A stretch of DNA of 5,182 nt from Archangiaceae bacterium (GTDB lineage Bacteria > Myxococcota > Myxococcia > Myxococcales > Myxococcaceae). Shown one piece after another: positions 1-5,001 of the stretch. A program made the position numbers and the translations under genes. The stretch is from NCBI GenBank assembly GCA_016879935.1, contig JAACJQ010000314.1, forward strand, positions 1 through 5,182, written 5' to 3'. The notes under the pieces were generated by a model that saw only the letters and a list, made by a program, of their open reading frames with translations, did not search any database and had not been told where the DNA came from. Position 1 is the stretch's first letter; each line of letters opens with the position of its first letter.

Positions 1-345
1 CAGAAGGGAACCGCGCAGGGCATCAAGAACGCAGTGCGCTTCTTCCTCGGCATCGACATCGTGGCCATCACCGCGTTCAACGCCGACGCGCTGGTGCTCG
101 GCGAGTCACTGCTCGGAGTCGACTGGGTGCTCGGCCCCTCGGACCGCTTCGCAAAGTACGCGTTCAACGTCGTCGTCGCGCGCACTCTCACGCCAACCGA
201 GCGAAAGCACCTGCGCGCCATCGTCGAGTACCTGAAGCCGGCGCACACCCACTTCGTGGACCTCGTCGAGCCGTTCCCGCCAGTCGTGCCAGACCATTGG
301 GAGTTGGGAATCAGCGACCTCGGCGACACCTCCTGGCTCCACTGA
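1..345 (+). CDS. Phage P2 gpI-like baseplate/tail protein, C-terminal part (5' end lies upstream of the window)
   Basis: Frame 1 is open from base 1 to TGA 343-345, so the GTG at 34 in the ORF track is probably internal. The translation [18 protein letters not shown]...[16 protein letters not shown] parallels, from memory, the P2 gpI segments HKGTIGAIRRVVEPLGY and ERLIADAKPASRHL (Tail_P2_I family). Third codon positions are strongly G/C biased. Confidence 0.7.
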   Translation, partial: QKGTAQGIKNAVRFFLGIDIVAITAFNADALVLGESLLGVDWVLGPSDRFAKYAFNVVVARTLTPTERKHLRAIVEYLKPAHTHFVDLVEPFPPVVPDHWELGISDLGDTSWLH

Positions 346-366
346 CGCAAGTAATTTCAAAGCCTT

Positions 367-382
367 GAGATCCATGGACCTC
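367..382. promoter_or_regulatory. Imperfect 16-bp palindrome GAGaTCCATGGAcCTC in the only AT-richer intergenic spacer; possible operator or small hairpin
   Basis: Read directly: 14 of 16 positions are self-complementary around a central CCATGG. It lies between the stop of the gpI-like gene and the SD of the next gene. I could not find a convincing -35/-10 pair. Confidence 0.2.
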
Positions 383-420
383 GGATGTCAGTGTCGCCTC
401 ATATCTTACATGCACCCACA

Positions 421-427
421 AAGGAGG
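421..427 (+). promoter_or_regulatory. Shine-Dalgarno site AAGGAGG for the 432 ATG
   Basis: AAGGAGG is followed by a 4-nt spacer (gtgc) and ATG at 432. This settles the strand choice against the 399-1007 minus-strand ORF. Confidence 0.7.
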
Positions 428-431
428 GTGC

Positions 432-1028
432 ATGAGGCGACAGAGCAAGAAGGAAGTCCCCACTGGTCCCGCGCTGAGGGGTGAGCAGGTCAGCGAGTTC
501 TGGGTCTGGCTTTGGTCGAGGCTCGATGGGCTCGAGCGGAGCGGGCGACAGGCGGAACTCGATGAAGCGCGGCGACTCGCCGTGGCTCTCGACCGCTCGG
601 TAGAGCATCAAGCTGGCTTCGATTACCCGAGCGCTCGCTTCACGCGGGACCAAAGCCCCGTGTCCACCGCGCTCTTGGGTCACTACGTGCTGACGAGGAT
701 CGAGCGGCAGGCAGACGACACCGAGGAGGCGCGAGGCCGGCTCGAGTTGCTCAACGCCGCCGCTGCTCTTCTCGGCCAGCTTCTGCACCTGGACTTCAGC
801 AAGCAGCCCGAACACTTCGAACGCCTCGGGATCGGAATCGGGAAGCGCAGTGTCTTCCGTCCCGAGGTCCGAGAGGGCATCACGATCGAGTCCTTGGACG
901 AGGGGCCCACGTTGCCCGCAGAGCGAAAGGTCAGAGACGAACAGGCGCGCCTCGCCTTCGAGGCTCGGTGGAAGGCGATGCGCGACAGACCCAGAGCGCG
1001 ACGGCAACTCGGCGAGGTGACGCGATGA
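432..1028 (+). CDS. Hypothetical protein, 198 aa, charged and probably helical; no family recognised
   Basis: ATG with a strong SD and high third-position G/C across the ORF. The stop TGA 1026-1028 overlaps the ATG 1025-1027 of the next gene (ATGA), which implies translational coupling. Confidence 0.75.
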   Translation: MRRQSKKEVPTGPALRGEQVSEFWVWLWSRLDGLERSGRQAELDEARRLAVALDRSVEHQAGFDYPSARFTRDQSPVSTALLGHYVLTRIERQADDTEEARGRLELLNAAAALLGQLLHLDFSKQPEHFERLGIGIGKRSVFRPEVREGITIESLDEGPTLPAERKVRDEQARLAFEARWKAMRDRPRARRQLGEVTR

Positions 1029-3001
1029 ACCGCGAGCACGCGCTCCGGTTTCTGACCGCGCTCACCGCCAGCAGAGTGACGACCATCGGCTTGGAGGTTC
1101 AGCCGACTGAGCACTCGACGCTCATGGCGAGGACGCTGCGAACCTTCATCGACGTGTTCCCGGAAGGGCGCGCAGATGAGCTCGTCTACGAGCGCCTGGG
1201 CCGACCCGCGGACCCCTCCCGGCTCGCCTCTTTCATCGCAGAGGTCGATGCGTTGAAGGGTTTTGGACGGGCAGGCGAGACCGCGACGCAGTCACACTTT
1301 CGCGGCATCGCCTTCCTTCTCGAAGGAGCCCAGCGGCCGCTCGAACACAAGCCGCCCGAGACACCGCGCGTCGTTCCGCGGCCCTCGAGTCGCCAGGCCC
1401 TCTGGTGCGTCTCCGCGGTCGAACGCCTCGCTTGGCCTGAGGGCCTCTCCTCCGAGGAGCGCAGCCGACTGAGGTCCGAAATGAAAGAGGTCATCGCAGC
1501 ATGGGCCGAAGAGGTGCACCTCGCGACCGAAGATGGGAGGTGTCCCGACTGCGCCAACGGCTACCTGCAGGAACTCGACGCGACTGCGCACGTCATGGCC
1601 TGTACCGGTCACCCCGCCATGGCCCAGCTCGAGGCCGTCCGCGTCGCTGCGCAGATCGGTGGAGCGGAGCTCGCGTCGGACGATGTCCACCTTCTCCTCC
1701 CTGCCCCATCCCGTTCCGCGTACGGAAGCGATTGGGAGGCCGCCGACGCCCTCGCATTTCTTCTCGAATCGCCAGCCCAACGTGGTGCACGCCGCCGACA
1801 ACCAGAGCACCCGGTCGCCTTGCTCTCCCGTGTCGGCAAAGAGTGGGCACACTTCGTGGACCGCACGACCGACCCATGCCCTTGGTGCGGCGCGGTCCTT
1901 CCCCTCGCGCAGTTCCACAGCCACCTTCGGTCTTGCGACCATCACCCTGCCGCGCAGGCAGCGCAGCGCATCCGAAGTTCTCACCCTGTCCCCATCGGTC
2001 TCGAGAGGGTGCTGCTCGCCAGACTGAGCGCCCGTCGGGAACTGGCACTGCTCAGCCAGGCCAGCGAGAGGTTCGACGCAGACATGGGCTGGGCCGGCGA
2101 AGCTGGGTACTCGGACAAGTACTCCGAGGCCCCCTGGCGCGCGGCAATTGAGCGGGCCGGAAAGCACCTCGGCCTGCCCGAGCGCACCCCTCAGTTCCCC
2201 CGCCCGGAAGGCTCCTCAGTTCGCGAATCAATGACGAGGCTGCTCTCTCCGGCGCCACAGCCGCGCGACGTGACGATCTCCGACATCGCCACCATCCGAG
2301 CGGCTGATGTGCAGTTCGAGGACTGGGTCAGCACCATCGGCTTCGCGACCACTTGTCCCGCGTGCCGCCGCAAAGGGATTCCGAAGGCCGACCTCGCCGC
2401 CCATCTCGAGGAGTGCCCGCTCCACCCTGCAGTCCGCTCAGCTCGCGGGGTCGCGGCGCTTCGGCAAGTCCGCGAAGGCGTCGACGTTCCGCCGCTTCTG
2501 CTTGGCGAGTACAACCCCGAGGACTACCGCGACCGGCTCAGCGACTACCTTCGCGGCAAACGAGCGGAGACCCTCGCGACGCTCTACGAGTTCGAGGCGT
2601 CGGAGCTGTCGAAGGACCAGGCGGCAGACCTGCTTCGTTTCGTGCGGAACTGGGAAGAACTTCAACTCGTCGCGGCGCGCTCGCCCTGCCCGTGGTGCGG
2701 CGCAGCCGATCGCAGCGCAGAGCACCTGATGGTCTGCGTGAAGCACCCGGCCATCAGCGATGCGCAGCCTCGAAGTCAGCTTGAAGCGCTCGCCCTCCAA
2801 CTCCAATTCGAGGCCGACCAATGCGCGGTTCGATTGGCGCGACTGCACGAGGCCTGCAAAGCGTTCTGGAACGGCATGAGTGACGGCGACGACGGGAAGT
2901 CCATCTCCAACCCCAGGATCGAGGCGATGTGGAGCGAGGCGCAACAAGAGGCACGCGACCTCCTGGCGACCATCAAGGAGCGTCCCTCAGTCGGCACGTA
3001 G
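1025..3001 (+). CDS. 658-aa protein with four CPxC...H-x3-C-x2-HPA zinc-finger-like repeats (Rad18/UBZ4-like C2HC pattern)
   Basis: This is the longest ORF in the window, with consistent G/C3 bias. I chose ATG 1025 over the track start at 968 because it has GAGG 7 nt upstream and forms an ATGA overlap with the upstream stop. The four cysteine/histidine motifs are listed as separate features. Confidence 0.85.
   Translation: MNREHALRFLTALTASRVTTIGLEVQPTEHSTLMARTLRTFIDVFPEGRADELVYERLGRPADPSRLASFIAEVDALKGFGRAGETATQSHFRGIAFLLEGAQRPLEHKPPETPRVVPRPSSRQALWCVSAVERLAWPEGLSSEERSRLRSEMKEVIAAWAEEVHLATEDGRCPDCANGYLQELDATAHVMACTGHPAMAQLEAVRVAAQIGGAELASDDVHLLLPAPSRSAYGSDWEAADALAFLLESPAQRGARRRQPEHPVALLSRVGKEWAHFVDRTTDPCPWCGAVLPLAQFHSHLRSCDHHPAAQAAQRIRSSHPVPIGLERVLLARLSARRELALLSQASERFDADMGWAGEAGYSDKYSEAPWRAAIERAGKHLGLPERTPQFPRPEGSSVRESMTRLLSPAPQPRDVTISDIATIRAADVQFEDWVSTIGFATTCPACRRKGIPKADLAAHLEECPLHPAVRSARGVAALRQVREGVDVPPLLLGEYNPEDYRDRLSDYLRGKRAETLATLYEFEASELSKDQAADLLRFVRNWEELQLVAARSPCPWCGAADRSAEHLMVCVKHPAISDAQPRSQLEALALQLQFEADQCAVRLARLHEACKAFWNGMSDGDDGKSISNPRIEAMWSEAQQEARDLLATIKERPSVGT
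1541..1615 (+). other. Zn-finger-like repeat 1: CPDC ANGYLQELDATA H VMA C TG HP
   Basis: In-frame codons read directly. Pattern is C-P-x-C-x12-H-x3-C-x2-H-P followed by A. A Trp lies 14 residues upstream (AAWAEE). Confidence 0.7.
1877..1948 (+). other. Zn-finger-like repeat 2: CPWC GAVLPLAQFHS H LRS C DH HP
   Basis: Pattern is C-P-x-C-x11-H-x3-C-x2-H-P-A, with a Trp 12 residues upstream (KEWAHF). The DNA TGCCCTTGGTGCGGCGC differs by one base from the start of repeat 4. Confidence 0.7.
2354..2428 (+). other. Zn-finger-like repeat 3: CPAC RRKGIPKADLAA H LEE C PL HP
   Basis: Pattern is C-P-x-C-x12-H-x3-C-x2-H-P-A, with a Trp 11 residues upstream (EDWVST). Confidence 0.7.
2687..2749 (+). other. 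Zn-finger-like repeat 4: CPWC GAADRSAE H LMV C VK HP
   Basis: Pattern is C-P-x-C-x8-H-x3-C-x2-H-P-A, with a Trp 13 residues upstream (RNWEEL). Confidence 0.7.
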
Positions 3002-3047
3002 CGAGCTTTGTCCTCGGCGCTGGTCCACGACCTTCGCCGAGAACTCA

Positions 3048-4097
3048 ATGCCCGGATCGCACGTCCTGCTCGTCTACCGAAACACCGCGAAGGCCAGTTC
3101 GCTCGGCAGCGCGATCGGTCTTGGGGTCAACGCGCTCCACTCGGTTCGTGTGCTGCGTCGCGCGGGCATCGAGGTGGACGCGACAGCGGCGGGCGAGCCA
3201 CCTGACGTTCACCGGGCGCTCGCTGCGCGGCCGACGGTGACTCACTGCGTGCTCGAGGCGCCGTGGGTCAGCCGCGCGCCGATGCTCGAGTTGCTCCACG
3301 CGTTTCCCCATGTGCACTTCCTCGTGCGGAGCCACTCGCAGATCGCCTTCCTCCAGGTGGAGCCATCGGCGATTCAGTTGCTCCGCGAACTCCTGGTGCT
3401 CCAGGAGAACTTCCTCAACCTCACCGTCGCGGCGAACAGCCTCGAGCTGAAGCACTTCTTCGAGACCGCGTACGGCGGCCACACGCTGTACCTCCCGAAC
3501 CTCTACGACCTCGAGCGCGTGCACCGTCGCCGCGGCCGCGAGCACGCTCATCGGCTCCTCAGGGTCGGCAGCTTCGGCGCGCTCCGGCTGCTGAAGAACC
3601 ACACGACGGCGGCCGCGGCGGCGCTCATGCTCGCTCGCAAGCGGGACTGCGACCTCGAGTTCTCGGTGTCGGTCGAGAACGACACGATGGGCGGAGGCGC
3701 GGTGCTCGACGCACTCCGGAAGATGTTCACCGGCCTCCGCTGGGTGCGGCTGGTCGAACACCCGTGGCAAGACTGGGCGAGCTTCCGGCGAACGGTCGGA
3801 GGGATGGACCTCTGCCTCCAGGTCTCGATGACCGAGACCTTCAACGTCGCGACAGCCGACGCGGTCGCGGAGGGAGTGCCCTCGGTGGTGAGCCCCGCCA
3901 TCGAGTGGGCGCCCGACTACTGGAAGGCCGACCCCGACCGCCTCGACGACATCGTGCGCATCGGTGGCGCGTTGCTCTCGTGCCCCGACGCAGCGGAAGA
4001 CGGGCTCGCCGCACTCTCGTGCTTCACCGAGGACGCCGTGCGCCGCTGGCTCGACTACCTGTCTGGGCCTCCGGGACGCCACGTTCGCGCCGCGTAG
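3048..4097 (+). CDS. GT-B fold glycosyltransferase (GT1/GT4-like), 349 aa
   Basis: ATG 3048 is the first start codon after the upstream stop at 3001; the 2880 start in the track would overlap the previous gene by about 120 nt. The N-terminus HVLLVYRN..SSLGSAIGLGVNALHSVRVLRRAGIEVD looks like a Rossmann-type start. The C-terminal half has RVGSFGALRLLKNH and MDLCLQVSMTETFNVATADAVAEGVPSVVS. The latter matches the retaining-GT signature (S..E.FG...lEAmA.G.PVV.S) with an E-x7-D variant of the EX7E motif at 3834-3860. The SD is weak (GAGAA, 4-nt spacer). Confidence 0.7.
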   Translation: MPGSHVLLVYRNTAKASSLGSAIGLGVNALHSVRVLRRAGIEVDATAAGEPPDVHRALAARPTVTHCVLEAPWVSRAPMLELLHAFPHVHFLVRSHSQIAFLQVEPSAIQLLRELLVLQENFLNLTVAANSLELKHFFETAYGGHTLYLPNLYDLERVHRRRGREHAHRLLRVGSFGALRLLKNHTTAAAAALMLARKRDCDLEFSVSVENDTMGGGAVLDALRKMFTGLRWVRLVEHPWQDWASFRRTVGGMDLCLQVSMTETFNVATADAVAEGVPSVVSPAIEWAPDYWKADPDRLDDIVRIGGALLSCPDAAEDGLAALSCFTEDAVRRWLDYLSGPPGRHVRAA

Positions 4098-4142
4098 CGC
4101 ATTGTCAGGCCGTCCCACCTTGCGCCGTCGAGGACCTTGGTT

Positions 4143-4196
4143 ATGGTTTCCGTCATGAGCCGCGCTGAACATTGCCGCCGACATTGCTGCAGCTGA
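4143..4196 (+). CDS. 17-codon leader ORF (MVSVMSRAEHCRRHCCS), or more likely the true 5' end of the PTH2-like gene displaced by one frame
   Basis: GAGGA at 4130-4134 lies 8 nt upstream of ATG 4143, the best start context in this interval. The frame stops at TGA 4194-4196. It overlaps the frame-1 PTH2-like ORF for 35 nt. Confidence 0.25.
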   Translation: MVSVMSRAEHCRRHCCS

Positions 4197-4551
4197 TTCG
4201 TCGCTCCTCCTCCACCACTACTGCATCGTCCGGCGCGACGTTCCCCTCGGGGTTCAATTCGCCCAGCTGATTCATGCGGCGGGAGAATCGTCTCCCGGCT
4301 CGCTGCCTCCCGGCACGCACGCGGTTGCCCTTCACGCCGACTCCGAATCGGAGTTGCTGCGTGTCGAAGCCCGCCTCGCCGAAGCGGGGCTTCCTTTTGT
4401 CGCCGTTCGAGAACCCGATCCGCCCTGGGGTGGCGCGTTGATGGCCATTGGCCTCCGCCCGCTTCGGCGGTCCCCCGAACTCCGCAGGTTGCTCTCACGC
4501 CTGCGGTTGGCCGGACCGTCGCTCACCCACACCACAGGAGAACCACGATGA
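4159..4551 (+). CDS. PTH2-fold (peptidyl-tRNA hydrolase 2-like) protein; start unresolved, possibly frameshifted, recoded or a pseudogene
   Basis: My translation of frame 1 after the TGA at 4156 is AALNIAADIAAADSSLLLHHYCIVRRDVPLGVQFAQLIHAAGES..THAVALHADSESELLRVEARLAEAGLPFVAVREPDPPWGGALMAIGLRPL..LLSRLRLAG. It is colinear, from memory, with human PTRH2: [23 protein letters not shown] ... [59 protein letters not shown]. The G/C3 bias is good. There is no ATG/GTG/TTG in frame until TTG 4354, which would delete the conserved N-terminal half. The stop overlaps the next ATG (ATGA at 4548-4551). Confidence 0.6.
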   Translation, partial: AALNIAADIAAADSSLLLHHYCIVRRDVPLGVQFAQLIHAAGESSPGSLPPGTHAVALHADSESELLRVEARLAEAGLPFVAVREPDPPWGGALMAIGLRPLRRSPELRRLLSRLRLAGPSLTHTTGEPR

Positions 4552-4913
4552 AACTCGACCTCACTCGATGGCGGGAGGCGCTCGTGCGCTTCGAAGCCGA
4601 ACTCAAGCACTTGAAGAACCAGCGTCGACAACCTCGCGCTCCTCGCGAGTCGTTCAACTACGCGCCGCTGCTCCTCGCCAAGGCGGAGGTCACGCGGCTT
4701 TACTGCCTGCGCAGGCACCTCAAGGGAAAGCTCCACGCCACGGGTCAATTGTGGTGCGTGCGGAGCGTGTCGGGGCGAGCGTACGTGCAGGTGCACCCCA
4801 CAACTGACCTCGCCACACAGGAAGCGTTGGTGCGCTCAATCGATGGCTGGATGGAGTCGGTCGTCGTCCAGGAGGAAGCCGTCGTCCAGCCTGCAGCGCC
4901 GACGACTGGGTAA
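4548..4913 (+). CDS. Hypothetical protein, 121 aa; no family recognised
   Basis: AGGAG at 4536-4540 lies 7 nt upstream of ATG 4548. There is an ATGA overlap with the upstream stop, high G/C3, and a TAA stop at 4911-4913. Confidence 0.75.
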   Translation: MKLDLTRWREALVRFEAELKHLKNQRRQPRAPRESFNYAPLLLAKAEVTRLYCLRRHLKGKLHATGQLWCVRSVSGRAYVQVHPTTDLATQEALVRSIDGWMESVVVQEEAVVQPAAPTTG

Positions 4914-4926
4914 GGTCCTCGCTGAA

Positions 4927-5001
4927 GGCTCCGTAGCTCCAATGGCAGAGCGCCCGGAGTAATGACCCGGGAGGTTGCGGGTTCAAGTCCCGCCGGGGTC
5001 A
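4927..5001 (+). tRNA. tRNA gene with a non-canonical 9-nt anticodon loop (AGUAAUGAC); isotype undetermined
   Basis: Hand-folded cloverleaf:
- Acceptor stem GGCTCCG/CGGGGTC: 7 bp, including two G-U pairs.
- T8 A9.
- D stem GCTC/GAGC with loop CAATGGCA, containing G18 G19.
- Anticodon stem CCCGG/CCGGG: 5 Watson-Crick bp.
- Anticodon loop 4958-4966: AGTAATGAC.
- Variable loop AGGTT.
- T stem GCGGG/CCCGC with the canonical TTCAAGT loop.
- Discriminator A at 5001; CCA is not encoded. Confidence 0.75.

Noticed and set aside
399-1007. 202-aa minus-strand ORF mirroring the 432-1028 gene
   Set aside because: The plus-strand ORF has a strong AAGGAGG SD, an ATG start, an ATGA overlap with the next gene and better third-position G/C bias. 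The minus-strand ORF has none of these and looks like a high-GC shadow ORF.
968-1024. GTG 968 as the start of the large ORF (677-aa version)
   Set aside because: It would overlap the upstream gene by 61 nt. ATG 1025 has a GAGG SD at a 7-nt spacing and the classic ATGA coupling overlap.
1292-2167. 291-aa minus-strand ORF and several Arg/Pro/Gly-rich plus and minus ORFs (1501-2151, 1533-2027, 1593-2048, 2307-2784, 2438-2947) inside the zinc-finger gene
   Set aside because: Their compositions are low-complexity and rich in Arg, Pro, Gly and Ser, as expected for off-frame translation of high-GC coding DNA. All are nested in a longer ORF that carries a repeated, structured Cys/His motif.
1877-2703. 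17-nt near-identical DNA repeat TGCCC(T/G)TGGTGCGGCGC at 1877-1893 and 2687-2703 as an independent nucleotide-level element
   Set aside because: Both copies encode the same peptide CPWCGA in frame using the preferred high-GC codons. The DNA identity is explained by the protein repeat.
2880-3047. ATG 2880 as the start of the glycosyltransferase ORF (405-aa version)
   Set aside because: It would overlap the preceding gene by about 120 nt, and the extension is Arg/Ser/Pro-rich off-frame-like sequence. ATG 3048 is the first start after the upstream stop.
3045-4184. 379-aa minus-strand ORF and 301-aa plus-strand ORF (3263-4168) overlapping the glycosyltransferase gene
   Set aside because: The sequences are Arg-rich with no recognisable motifs. 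The 3048-4097 frame carries GT-B signatures and the expected codon bias.
4354-4551. TTG 4354 as the true start of a 65-aa protein
   Set aside because: It would discard the upstream in-frame segment (IVRRDVPLG..AQLIHAA..HAVALHADSESELL), which aligns with the N-terminal half of the PTH2 fold and keeps coding-like codon bias.
4055-4796. Minus-strand ORFs 4055-4498 (147 aa) and 4332-4796 (154 aa)
   Set aside because: They are Arg/Gly/Pro-rich shadow ORFs lying opposite plus-strand genes that have SD sites, ATGA coupling and a recognisable fold.
4927-5001. The tRNA as a prophage integration site (attL/attR)
   Set aside because: I found no copy of the tRNA 3' half elsewhere in the window. The gene is flanked on both sides by co-oriented, phage-like, closely spaced genes, which fits element-encoded cargo better. 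A 5-kb window cannot exclude it.
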